Below, in pieces: positions 1-11,820 of a stretch of DNA of 64,000 nucleotides (position 1 is its first letter; each line of letters opens with the position of its first letter). A model generated the notes under the pieces. The model saw nothing but the letters and a program-made list of their open reading frames with translations, had not been told where the DNA came from and made no database searches. Origin of the DNA: Camelus ferus (taxonomy: Eukaryota); the NCBI RefSeq assembly GCF_009834535.1, contig NC_045696.1, positions 55,182,001 through 55,246,000 on the forward strand, given 5' to 3'. A program made the position numbers and the translations under genes.

Positions 1-899
1 CAGAGCTGAAGCAATAAAGAGTAGGCCCCAAAATGAGGGGTACTGGAGGTGCCAATATGAAATGGGGAGGAAGTAACAGGGAATTTAGGGTGGGCTGTAT
101 CAGAAGCCCAGACAGGAAAGTGGCCACTAAAATGTAGGAGAACCCCAGTCATAAAATTTTCTGAAGACAGCCTCTTGCCTGGAAGGCTTTTTAGAAATCA
201 AGGCCAAAGCTCCAATCAAGGGAGCTGGGAAGACAGGGAACTAGGTTAAAACCAACAGGCCAGAAATGCACATTTCCTACATGGAGGCATATCACGAGGG
301 TTAGATTAGCAAGGTGGTCAGCACCTCATACCAAGTCCGAAAGTGTGGGTCCGAGGAGACTTACACGTCTCCTGTGCCTGGAACTGAGGGTAAGCCTGGT
401 GTGTTTACATAATCTGGTTACAGAAAGTTAAGGAATCCAGAAACCCCTCAATACCATCAGTCACCTGTGTGCTGCCGTCTTAGATTTTCCAGGAGAGGTC
501 TTTAGCTCAACCCCTGATCAAGGAAATAACACTGGGAGGAAAGGAAGAGCAGAGGAGACTAGGCATCCACAGATGGGAGCACCAATGGGAAGACTTTCCA
601 CTACAAAGAGAATTACACTGACCACACACCGGGAAGACACGAACTGGATGCACAGAAATATTCCTTTCATGGAAAGAACTGCAGAGATTCTTTTCCCCTT
701 GCTTACTGCAGTAATGTGATTTCTCTGGTCTGCATTAAACAACCTAACTCCTCATTCTCGGTGGTTTCTCTGACTCAATCTAATTAATGTGTTCTAAGAT
801 TGTCCACTCCTGGTTAAGTATACAATAATATACAGTAGTAATAATAAATAAGGGGTTTTTTTTTTGAGAACTGACTGTAAGTCTTTTAATTGTCATATG

Positions 900-1050
900 A
901 CCCTGTGTAGCTATTACTAATATCCTCATTTTATTGATAACCCAACTGAGGCACAGGGACAAAAAGGCATTTGTCCAAGGTCACACCCCTCGTAATCTGG
1001 GATTCAAATTCAAATAGACTTTCTGACCCTACAGCCCTTGCTGTGAACCC
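900..1050 (-). mobile_element. MIR SINE fragment
   Basis: MIR core in reverse orientation (cctcattttattgat..aactgaggcacag..ttgtccaaggtcacac..ctgggattcaaa). Confidence 0.75.
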
Positions 1051-1985
1051 TTACATATTCTAAGGTACTCTCACTGACCTCCTTTGATAGACTTGTAGTT
1101 TCTGAGCACGATCTCTGATCTAATATGGCCTCTTTAAAAAGATTCATATCCTTTCCTACAGATGTTCACGCAATATAACTTTACAGTACATAGCACAGCT
1201 GATAAAACAGTGATTGAACAATGACTGAATCTGACCCATGGGTCCACGTAGCCATAGCAGAGGGTGAGGATTTCCTCATTCCATTCAAACTCCCCTCGCA
1301 GTGTGGAGAGAAGCACATTACAGCCATCTTCAGAGAGAAAATTTTATGTGCTGGGCAAATAACAGGCTAGTCAGACATCTTGCAAAGGCTTTGAACACAA
1401 AGCTTTCTTGAAGACCTGAAGCACATCGACATTGTGAAACCCATTCCAATTCAGGGAGATCTCATTCTAATTAATATGCCTTGGAAAAAATCAGAATTAG
1501 ATTATGCAGGGATTCATTACATACAAAATGTCCTGAGAGGTACCCCACTGTATCTAAATATTAAATTTTCCTTAAATCCTACTCTGAATTATATACTCTG
1601 ATTAAAATATTATTTTTTTTTGATAAACATCGTTTATTTTGTTTGTTTTCAGTTCGTTACCTCCATCTATTGGGGTGTGACCGAGGAAACCAGCAAAGGC
1701 ATCACACTGTGCGGTTGGAACCAGCTCTAACAGCTGGCGAAGACTTGAGAGGGAGAAATACAGCAATCCTAAAGCAGCAAGGAAATGTAAGAGCTAGAAG
1801 TACATTTTATAATGAATCAAAGGCCAGAAATTAAAAATAGCCCCTTCAAGAAGTAGGCCTTCCTCTTGAGAAGTTGATCAGGCAATAAGCACACGTGCAA
1901 AGATATTCCCCCACACCGCGTTAGGGGCTGAGGGTTACGGAGAGGCCTGCCCGCTCCCTGCTCTTGAAGAATTTTTTATCTAGAA

Positions 1986-2340
1986 CCAAAGTGTCCCAGA
2001 GAACTTCGTGCAGTGATGAAAATATTCTATATACCTTCTCTGTCCAATGTGGAAGACAGAAACCACACAAAGCTATTTAAATAAAGTTAAAATTCAGTCA
2101 CATTAACCATATTTCAAGTGCTAAATCGCTAAATGTGGCTACTTAAATTTAAGTTTAAAGCAATTAAATTTAAAATTTTAAGTTTAAATGAATCCAATTT
2201 AAATACAATTAAAAATTCAGTCAGGAGTACTGGTCACATGTCAAGGGCTTAGCAGCTATCCGTGGCTTATGGCCACTGTGTTGGACAGTGCAAACACAGA
2301 ACATTTCTCTCACCACAGGAAGTTCTACTGGGCAGAGCTG
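1986..2340. mobile_element. MER3-type hAT-Charlie MITE, compound/rearranged
   Basis: Both ends resemble the MER3 long terminal arm (cagcgctgtccaatagaactttctg) in inverted orientation; internal atttcaagtgct and tgtggcta motifs; flanked by atctagaa (1978-1985) and ctctagaa (2341-2348), an 8-bp hAT-style TSD. Confidence 0.85.
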
Positions 2341-3879
2341 CTCTAGAAAATGTCAGAAGAGGAGAAAATAATGTCCTTATTTTTAAGAAGCATTAATTGT
2401 ACGGTCTTCTTTAAACAAAGTCAATCATAAGGCATTATGAAAAGTAAAAATGGATAAGACTCTAAGAAATCTTATCAACTGAAGGCAAACTCTGTACACT
2501 TAACAATATTACCTAAAACCAGATGGATACTTGATCTTAAATTGGTTTTGAATTCATACATGATTATAACACTGTTAAGCAATGTCTTTAGCAATTCAGG
2601 GTCAGTGTTAGGTAAGTGTTAGTGTCAAAGTTTCCACTTGAGAAATTTTCTATGAAAAGAAGTTAAATCCATTCAATTCTTGACTTTATAGTCAAAGATG
2701 ATCAGTGTGTGTTGATGCAGCTGGCTATTAGAGAAAGAGTGAAATTTAGGATAACAAAGGTACCACTGAGGTGAATCATTTTGCTCTAGGAAACCTCACG
2801 CTGAGATTTATTTCTTCTTCTTGGTAATGCGTAACAAAGAAAGTTGAATGTGGGCTTCTGTCAGTGGGACCACTGAAGCTGATGCATTAGAAGATTAGCA
2901 GTGGCTTTCACTTCATTCCAGCTACAAGCCTATTGATGTTCTAATTAAGAACTAATATTCCCAGTGACTTGAAACTCATCATAAATATTTAAGTGGAATT
3001 ACTCAGAAAATGAGAACTTCCTCCCTGCCCTTCATTCGGAAAATGGCCTCAACTCATTTGCGACTCTTTCCAAGGAGGAACATAACAGGTGTGCCAACAG
3101 GGATGGGCCCTCAATATTCACGCAGACTCTGATACACATGCCATGAAAAGGGAACACAGCAGTTGTGCAGAGCAGAGCACGTGGGCCTTGCAGTATCTTG
3201 TTTACACACCTGGATGTTGGCGTTGCCTATTCGTTACTATCTTCAGAACTCTGGTCTTCAATGACTTTGGCCTAGAGAACACTCAATAAGGCAATCTGAT
3301 TTCAGAAAATTGGCTTCTTCACACATGAAATAATTTAATAACAATGACAGTAATCATGTTAATTGAAGGAAGGAAATTCACTGAGTGAAGCCACATTAAT
3401 GCCTAGCATTATTTTAATCTGTTGAGAATTTCTGGATTTAGCAAGCTACATCCTTGCTTCTCGAGTGTTCCATTCTAGGTTAGCCTGAGCATCTTGGGTG
3501 AGCACTGCCCACCTCCAGGGAAAAGATCTCTGCTCTGATCATGGCGGTTAGACAAAAATTCTTGGTCTCAAGTGGGCTGCCTTCCCTTTTCCATTATCCT
3601 CATTCCAAACTCCCTTTCCCTGGTGTGTGTGGGGTTTCTTTTCCTTTTTTAAAAAAATGGTTTTTATTAAACAGTCCTTTTAAAAAGAGCCTGTCATGCT
3701 TTCTTCCATTCAGCAATCCATAGAAACTCTCAGTATAAACCCAAAACCCCAGCTCCAGTAATAATCTAATCATGATCAGTGTTATTACAACCATCAGCCT
3801 TTCTTCTACTCCTGCTTCCATCCTTACTGGTTTCATTATACTGCTTAAAACTATTCCACCAGCACTGAAGCTCATGGAG

Positions 3880-4190
3880 CACCGACCACCTCCTCTGGGA
3901 AATGACTATTCTGAGTGGCTGCCAGGTACGGGCTCCTTTTAGTTATGCCTGATTGGATTAAGAAGGGACATCGGAGCCAAGATGAACTAGTCAAACTGTT
4001 TCTTCCTTAAAAATTAGAATTAGAATTAAGAGTTAGTCATTCTGACCTGGTTTTTGAATGAAGCAGTTGCAAACTTGGGAGATCTGAGTTGGCTACCTTC
4101 TGCCTCACATGTGATGGAAGAACAATAGAAAGATAATAAAGCCAATTGCAGAAGGAAAAAAAAGTGAACTTCTGACAGTTTTTCAATTCA
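3880..4190. mobile_element. Old ERVL/MaLR LTR fragment (LTR33-like)
   Basis: tgattggattaagaagggacatcggagccaagatgaactagtcaaa resembles the LTR33-type tgattgg..gacccaagctgggccaatcaga motif; heavily diverged. Confidence 0.45.
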
Positions 4191-4389
4191 AGCTATCTCC
4201 CCAGTCCCACCCCTCCACATCCCTCACGGACCTATGCAAATAACCATAATTCTCCTTCAAAGAATTTTAGCTCTAGAGGTGATAGAAAAACCAAGAAGCT
4301 AAACAAGGGATAATCAAGCAATCCAGAAATTAATACAATGGTAAACTGCTACTACCCCTACCTTGCAGACCAAAAAAATGGAAGATAGG

Positions 4390-4625
4390 GTTACCAAAGC
4401 TAGAGCCATGGAGGAGTTATTGCTGCTGCCAGATACACCACCTGAAGCAGAGTGAAAGAGAACTTGTTTCCTCCTTCCCTCCCATTTTCCACCAGTGCCT
4501 CTCATTGGCCAAACCAGCAGGAAGCCAGCTGACAGCTGACGTGGAACCTGGGAAACACAGGCCGCAGGAGACAGCTCCCTTGCAATCAGGGGAAGAAAGA
4601 GGGTTACCACCAGAAACTGACACAC
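4390..4625. mobile_element. Old ERVL-class LTR fragment
   Basis: cagtgcctctcattggccaaaccagcaggaagccag is a typical ERVL-LTR (LTR33/LTR41/LTR16-group) motif. Confidence 0.5.
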
Positions 4626-4647
4626 TGTAACTGACTATACTGCAATT

Positions 4648-4718
4648 AAAAAAGAAAGAAAAGAAAAGGAAAAAAAAGAAAGGAAGGAAGGAAGGAAGAG
4701 AGAGGAAGGAAGGAAGCA
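4648..4718 (+). repeat. (GAAA)/(GGAA) purine-rich simple repeat
   Basis: Directly visible. Confidence 0.9.
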
Positions 4719-4749
4719 AAAGTACATCAGCAGTTGGCTGATAAACACG

Positions 4750-5880
4750 CTAGTTCCATCCCTTGTTTCCTCTCACCTTGATTGTTTGCAGTAATCTCTT
4801 AGTTGGTCTTCCTGCCTCACGTGCCTCCACACCATCCTGTAACACCACTGCCAGATGAATCATTTCCCAAACAGGGATCTCACTCTGGCACTTTCCTTTC
4901 CAGATTTTTCAATAGTTCCCTACTACTTACTGAAAAAGATCCCTAATTCCTTTGCCTGGTAGAGTAGATGGTTACTCTGATGGCTTGAGACCTGTGGGAC
5001 ATTAGCAAGCTCGATGTAAGCAGAGGCTTAATATGCACTTGAACACTGAGGCTTATCCTACTGGAGTGTGTGTTCTTGGGATCCAGCCACTACAGAGAGT
5101 ATCCAGACAAGCCATATGGAAAGTGCTACGAAGAGAGAGAGAGAGGTCACAGGCTCCCAGCCAACCCTGCTAAGTACCAGATATGGTGGTAAAGCCATCT
5201 TGGACATTCCCATCTAGCCACATGAGAGATTCCAAGTGGGACCAGCAAAAAGTCACCCAGCTGAGCCCCAGCCAACCCACAGAATCATGAGCAGGTAAAA
5301 TGGTTGTCATTTTAAGCCACTAAGTTTGGGGGTGATGTGTAACACAACAATAGAAAGCTCTTCTCACAATCATGTAAGGTCTAATTTCTGTAATAAATCA
5401 TTATTCTGCAATATTTGTTATATTTTGCTTCTCTGAGCAAATCCTAACAACTACACCTGGAATTAAAAGCCCTCTGCAATCTGTCCCCTGCTTACCTGTA
5501 ACTACAGTTTTCAATCACCTTTTACTCCAGTCAAACCATAGGTTCTCACACATGGCCTTCACTTTCTACATCCACATCCTTCTTATCCAAAATGCAGCCT
5601 CCTGCTGGTGTTCACATAAGTAAACACTGGTTTAATATCACCTCCTGCAGGAAGTAATACCACATCTCCACAAATAATAATCTCTCTTTACCCTGTAACA
5701 CTGACATTTTATGTTGGTTTGGTACCTACCTTGTATTATTGTTAATCAGTTCCTGAGCAGAACTGGTAGCTGCAGAGGACAGGGTTGAGATTCTTAATGT
5801 GTCTTTTTCTCTCATCAGCACCCAGGACATACTGTATGCTCCTTAAATGTTTGTGGACTAACTGACTGACTCAATTAAAT
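4750..5880 (+). mobile_element. L2 LINE 3' region, interrupted by an LTR insertion at 4960-5455
   Basis: L2 motifs before the insertion (tggtcttcctgcct..cactgccagatgaatc) and after it (aagccctctgcaatctgtcccctgcttacct ... aaatgtttgtggactaactgactgac tail). Confidence 0.75.
4960..5455 (+). mobile_element. Composite LTR: MLT2-like ends with an MLT1 (F/G/H-like) MaLR interior
   Basis: 5-bp TSD cctgg at 4955-4959 and 5456-5460. About 4985-5357 carries the MLT1 3' signature (cagctgagccc..cacagaatcatgag..ttttaagccactaagtttgggg). 5360-5455 resembles an MLT2 3' end (cacaatcatgtaag..aataaatc..cttctctgagcaaatcctaacaactaca). Confidence 0.75.
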
Positions 5881-6689
5881 ATCAGTTAATCTTGAATGAC
5901 CAGGAGGGTAAAGAAAATAAATGATGCAGGTCTACCACTAAAATGAAAACTTTTGGGCACTGACGAGAAACTCAGAAAATACCTGTAAACTGAATGACAT
6001 ATTCATGTGATATGTTTTATGAACCTTACATTTCAGGGTCATCTTCCTTAAATACTGTGTAGTTCCCAATCTGTTTGAAATATTTAAAGTTACAATTACA
6101 GTCTTCCCTTCTTTTCCTACAACTCATTTTCTCCTTCCTCTTTTTGTGTTACTTTCTCTCCCCAGGCTGTATTTCTTTTCTCTTGCCCAAGGACAGGGAG
6201 CCTTTTTTCAGGCAGGCTGCATGCTGCCCAAACCGCCATGCCCAGGTCCACAGAGATGTAAGGGTCACCACAATTATATTAATCTGACCCCTTTCTTTCT
6301 GTGTAGATTTATTCCCTGTGCCTGGAAACAACAAAATGGTATGTTTTCAGAGTCCTAACCCTTTGAGGGTGAATTTTAATTTAATCATTTAAAAATGATA
6401 AGAACAACCAAGTTCTTGGTTAGCACAAAACATCTAGGGGATTGTTGCAAATATTTGGCAATATCCACTAAAGAGGGAGGAAAGCATGTTAAGTGAAATT
6501 GGTTATAAATGCAAAGCAATTTTCCTGGAAAATTAAAAACTAGGGCCCGAAAATGAACTGGTACCCCGTAACATGATCATTTCTGAGAGTGCTATTTAAA
6601 AGAACCTGCCTACTGATATGCCTAGTTTTTCTCTTCTTATTTTTTTTAAATTACAAACCAGATTCATACTCCATATAATATAATGGAAA

Positions 6690-6900
6690 AAAGCAAAAGC
6701 TCTGCACTGAGACACTGATTTAAATCCCAGTTCTACATGGCATTTGCTGGGTACGTTACCTCATTTCTATCGCCCTCTAAGTTTCCTCCACCGCAGAACA
6801 GGAGTAACAGCCCTCACCCCTCAGAGCTTTTACGAGAGCTACTGATACGAACACAGGAAAAAAACCCTACCTGGCACACAGCAGGTGCTCAGCTGCTCAA
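6690..6900 (+). mobile_element. MIR SINE
   Basis: aaatcccagttct..ttacctc..ctctaagtttcctc..cctggcacacagcaggtgctca. Confidence 0.75.
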
Positions 6901-8262
6901 GAAATGGCCGGTTGGGAAGCTTAATGTCTCTTTCTCTCACCAGCACTCAGAACAGGGCCATATACACAGTATGTGTCCTGCACCTGGCCCTTCCCCAGAA
7001 AGGGGGGGAGTCACTTCCATGTTTACTTCCTTCCTTTCACTAAACCAGGTGTGCAGTTTTCTCACTTACATAGTGACAAGACACAATCCTCGAAGTCTGG
7101 AGGTCATCAGTCCCTTTCAGACTCAACAAGCCCTCGCAGTAATGCAAGTTCAGGTTGGCAAGTAGGTGTCAAGGAACTCTTGAGGAATATGTGAGATCCA
7201 GGGTTCCTGATCACTAGGAATTTCTCATCTGTGGACACAGCATGTACACTTACGAAACAGCAACAAGAAATCTACCACACATTTTATAGCATTTTTGTAA
7301 TATTTTGTATTTTTTCACAGGAAGGCTCCATTTAATCTTCTCCAGAACTCCTAGTGTTTCTAAGGAAGGCAGGAGTGGTACTGGGGTGCTTATCACAGAG
7401 CTGAGGAAACTGGTGCTCAGAAAAGCTGAGCAGTGTGCCAGCACCGCACAGGTACTCAGCAACAGCACCCAGAAGAAAAAGCCCTGGGAGCCCAGATTCC
7501 CTGCCCAGTGCTCTTCCCAGTGGACACTCATCTTCCAGTGCTTCTCTCCCCTCCTCTCTGATTTCTTTCTTTGTGATTTTACCCAAAAGAAAGAGACTTT
7601 TCAGGTCATGTATTCTTTCAAAGGCATTTCCTGAGTCACAGGACTTTCCAGTCTATGAGCCACAGAAAAGATATACCTAAGCTGGTAGTAAATATCCCTG
7701 ATGTTTGCTTGAATATGAGGGAAGTTAGGAGTCAGAGAAGAGAAAATGGAATTCCTTGCATTCAAGGAATGAGTTTTCTGACTATGGCAAGGGAGAGGCT
7801 CAAGCTGAACATTTAACAAGTTGCATAAACATGCCTGTTTCTTCACTGATAAATGAAATGGAACTGGAATCTGGATGATTAATTCAGTAATTCACAATTC
7901 CTTTGCTTTTAGTGTTTGGTATTCTTTTACATTCTGTGTTATATGGGGCAGAACGCTGGGGTCTCAAGCAAGCAGTTATATAAGCATTTAAAGATCCAAA
8001 CTCTTTTCTGAAAAATACTATGGTCTGTTGTAGCCACTGCATGTGAAGGAGAAGGCTGGTCTTCTCTCTGAGTGAGATGACAAGTGTAGTTCCTAAACTG
8101 GGACAACGTAAAAGCGAGGCTGGGTCCTCTGATGAGTGGACAAGAAATCCTGCACTGGTCCAGCATATTCTGGGTCCTCACTCCTAGTCATGGGAATGAC
8201 TACAGCATTAACTCCTCATGTGATTCATTTTTATCATCCTAAATATACCCTACCTATATAAG

Positions 8263-8644
8263 AACAATGGACTGAATTGTGTCTCCCTAAAATTCACATG
8301 TTGGAGCCTAACCCCCAGTGTGATATTATTTGGAGATGGGCCCTTTAGGGAAGGAATGAAGGTTAAATGAGGCAGACGGCCGGGATCCTAATCCAAAAGA
8401 ATTGATGTCCTTCTAAGAAGAGAAAGAAACACCAGAGACCTCTTTATCTCTGCATGAGCATCAGGGGAAAGGCCACGCGAGGACACAGTGAGAGGCAGCT
8501 ATTTATGGGTGAGGAAGAGAATTCTCACCAAAAACCGAATTTGCTGGCACCTTGATCATGGACTTTTAGCCTCCAGAGCTGTGAAAAAAATAAATTTCCA
8601 TTTTTTAAGCCACCCAGCCTGTGGAAGCCTATTGTGGCAGCCCT

Positions 8645-8645
<1 letters not shown>
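8263..8645 (+). mobile_element. MLT1B-like MaLR LTR
   Basis: atggactgaattgtgtctccctaaaattcacatgttg..taacccccagtgtg..gctggcaccttgatcatggacttttagcctccagagctgtga..aataaatt..tttaagccacccag..tggcagccc. Confidence 0.9.

Positions 8646-8672
<27 letters not shown>
8645..8672 (+). repeat. (CA)n microsatellite
   Basis: Directly visible. Confidence 0.95.
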
Positions 8673-8675
<3 letters not shown>

Positions 8676-8689
8676 CTTCTCCCTCTTTT

Positions 8690-8965
8690 TTTCAAAGAAT
8701 GAAGCATGTACACCTCTGCACCTTGATTTTTCTGATTAACCATGTCTTTCATACTTCCATATCAGAATGTAAAGACTTTTATTTTTTTTTAAACACCAGT
8801 ATCATATTCCATTGAATGGATGTGTTATGATTTATTTCACTGGTCCCTTATTAATGAACTTCAGGCTGTTTCCAAACTTGGCAGCACAAATAATACTGCA
8901 ATAAATAACCATACGTACATAAATACATACATAGGCATAATAAATACATGGAATTTTGCACATGT
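8690..8965 (-). mobile_element. Old L1 (L1M) 3' fragment
   Basis: atattccattgaatggatgtgttatgatttatttcactggtcccttattaatgaacttcaggctgtttccaa is the antisense L1 3' motif. Confidence 0.75.
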
Positions 8966-8974
8966 CACACTGGG

Positions 8975-9240
8975 CATTTTTTTAAAAATGTGAATTAGTT
9001 GCCAATATTTTAAAAATAGGGGGATTTCATGTATAATCTGGATCTGTTACTTTTCTTGAAAGATCAGATCTGTTGAGACCAGCCCACATTCTCCTGTGGC
9101 ACCCATCAGCAGAAGTTGAGAACTTGCTGCCCTGTCACTGAGCTGCATGCTCTCCTGCCTGCCACTGCCCTGCCCTGCCTAACTCACTCACCAGTATTAC
9201 TCATCACACCCCCAGAGACACAGGAGTTTTTGAGCCCAAT
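8975..9240 (+). mobile_element. MER102-like hAT-Charlie element
   Basis: tgaattagttgccaatattttaaaaatagggggatttca..cttgaaagatcagatctg..gcccacattc follows the recalled MER102 consensus. Confidence 0.8.
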
Positions 9241-10419
9241 CTAGGTTCTCTAGTTCCAAAGAAGCTTAAGATAAGTTATCAACAAGCATAGTAACTCTGT
9301 ACTGGCTTAGCTCATTCTCATCGCCTGCTCAAAAAGAAAAAAAAAAAAAGGAAAAAAAAGTCTTTACTAAGTTAGGATTTCATGTTATGCCTTCTGCCTC
9401 TATAGAAAGTTGAAATAAGAACTGTCTGTTTAAGAAGGCTTTTAGGGTCTTTTATAGGGCTGTCATGGAAGATACTGTCCACTGTGTTACTCAGAGTTCT
9501 TTAAATAAATTCTCATTCCACAAATGTCTGCTTAGGTTTGATTTCAGAATAATAAAAAGGTCTCTTCAAGTGAATGCATATACTTTCTCTTGTCAGAAAA
9601 TGAAAACGAAATAATGCACAAACTTCTTCTCTTGCATTTGGAAACAAAAGAAACTTTTACCCAGACTCAGGGTCCCTTGAGAGTCACCATCTTAGTCTCT
9701 GCTGCGTCAGAAGGTTCTACCTCTCACGTTTTATCTAAATCAATAATGAGCGACCCCCATCCCTCAGTCACAGGCAGTCCATCTGGGTTCAAGTTCCCAC
9801 CTTTAGTCAATTTCAGGATGAACTTAGATAGTCCCCAAATTAACATTTTAATGGCTAAAACTCAGTGCCATTCAGTTCATTGACATTGTCATATTTAATA
9901 ATGTAAGTAATCTAAATTTCCCCTGAGGGACCTGATAAATCTATTTTCATTTTGATTGAAATAAAAATTACATATAAATATGTATATTTGTCCTGGATTA
10001 GATATCACAGAAAAAAAAAAAAAGGCGGCTCCTTAGCCCTGGGTTAGGTGAATTTCCTCTTTCTTTAATCTCTGAATGTTTTCTTGAGTCCTATGTTTCA
10101 ATAGGAATCTGCATCGTGGAGGTAGGTAGGGTAAAAATATTAAGTAGTGAAAAGAATACTGCTTTATATTTTTTTAATTGTTATTCTTACTATTTAATGT
10201 TAAAACTACAACCTCGTTTAAAAGTTAATACCCTATATTTAATGACTTAAGGAAGTCCTACATCCTACGTCCACTTAAAGACTGATCACAAATCCAAAGT
10301 CTCAGTTCTTAGCTAAGCAATCAGTCTGCCATGATTAATTGTTAAGTAGGTTGGCTGTCATTTGAGTCTTCAGCCCTTTTCCCAGTTTCACAATCTAAGG
10401 GAACAACAATCAAAGGATA

Positions 10420-10600
10420 TGGTAAAGAACCCTGGACACTCGCTGCAGTGCTGTCATTAACTAGTTGTGTGAGCTTGAGGACGTGACTGCGGCAATCAGT
10501 TTCCTGCCATGTGAAATGTGTCTACTCCCATTCAAGGATGCTGTGAGGACAGTCAAAGGAAATGTAACACATAAACATCCTTGGAAGAGGGTGTTCAAGT
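10420..10600 (+). mobile_element. MIR SINE (old)
   Basis: attaactagttgtgtgagcttgagg..tcagtttcct..tgtgaaatg..ggatgctgtgaggac. Confidence 0.65.
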
Positions 10601-11309
10601 GAGATGAAGGATTAGTATGGAAGGGATAAAGAAGGCAACAAATATTCCCTAACGAGGAAACTGAGGCTCAGTGGAAGTAAGTGATTCTCTAGCAAATCCT
10701 TCACAGACCCACAATGCTCTTCTTCCAAGATATGTGCCTTAAATTCAGCTACAAGCTCCTTGCATCTCCCATCTCTGCTGCTTCACAGGAAGCCCAATCA
10801 CACTGTCTTGGCCTCAGAGATAGAAACAAATCAGTAGATGATGAGAAAATTAAGAAAACAGAGTTATCCTAATTGAGATGAGAGAACCCGGGTATGGTGG
10901 TGTCAGCCAGCAGAGACACATTAGTGGCAGGCAGCTCTGTCCCTGATACAGCCTCGACTTACCCAACAAACACACAGTTCCCTAAGGACTCCACAGATGC
11001 TTTCAAAATTCAGTAAGCACATCACATGTCTCTCACAGGTCTCTTAGAATCGCCGTTCTCCATAATTGCAACATGCTTGTTTCAGTTGTCATCATCTGAT
11101 TTTCACAACACTATTCTAACATGTCTGCCTCTCCCGACAGGGGCACAGAAGGCATAGAGGGTTTCCAGCTGTAGTAAATCTATTTAGATGATCTACTCAT
11201 TCCACCTGACAGGATGAAGGGGTCCTCCAGCAGAAATACACATCCCTTATCCTGTAATTCCGGTTGGTAGAGTTCACAGCTGGAGGACTAGAGGCTGGTG
11301 GGTGGCAAG

Positions 11310-11560
11310 TGATGTGGTGAAGTGAACATGGGCCTAGACATCTGAATAGGGAACTTAGTCCACTCTGAAGCTTTCTAGCTGGGTGACCTTGGGCAAATAC
11401 CAATTCGCTCTGAGTCCTAGTTTTCTCCTCCATCAACTAGATATAATATCATCTTCTAGGGGTTATTATGAAGACTAAATTAGGTAACATTTATACAGTG
11501 CCAGAGATAGTATCAAGCCTATGGCAGGTACTCAAGAAATGATAGTAAATATCACTATTA
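11310..11560 (+). mobile_element. MIR SINE
   Basis: ctagctgggtgaccttgggcaaat..ctctgagtcctagttttctc..gggttattatgaagactaaat..caggtactcaagaaatg. Confidence 0.85.
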
Positions 11561-11599
11561 GTATCATCATTCATGTTATTAATCCCCAAACAAATGAAG

Positions 11600-11820
11600 T
11601 TTACAAGCATGTGTTCTTCAAAACACTCAACCAGTTCCTCCTTCCTGCTCCCAAAACCATCTGTACCCATCTCACCATAGAACTTCTGTCAGTGGAATTT
11701 TGCTTATAAATCTGCCTGTGAGCTCTGCAAAATCAGAAAAATTGTATTCATCTCTAGATTCTAAGAGCTTCTTTTGATGCCTAGGAAGAAGAGGAATTAA
11801 TAAATTCTGAATGAATAAAA
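11600..11820 (+). mobile_element. L2 3' end fragment
   Basis: ctgtgagctc..tgtattcatctct..tgcctagg..aataaattctgaatgaataaa tail. Confidence 0.6.

Noticed and set aside
6737..7165. 142-aa ORF
   Set aside because: Starts inside a MIR; no protein-like features recognised.
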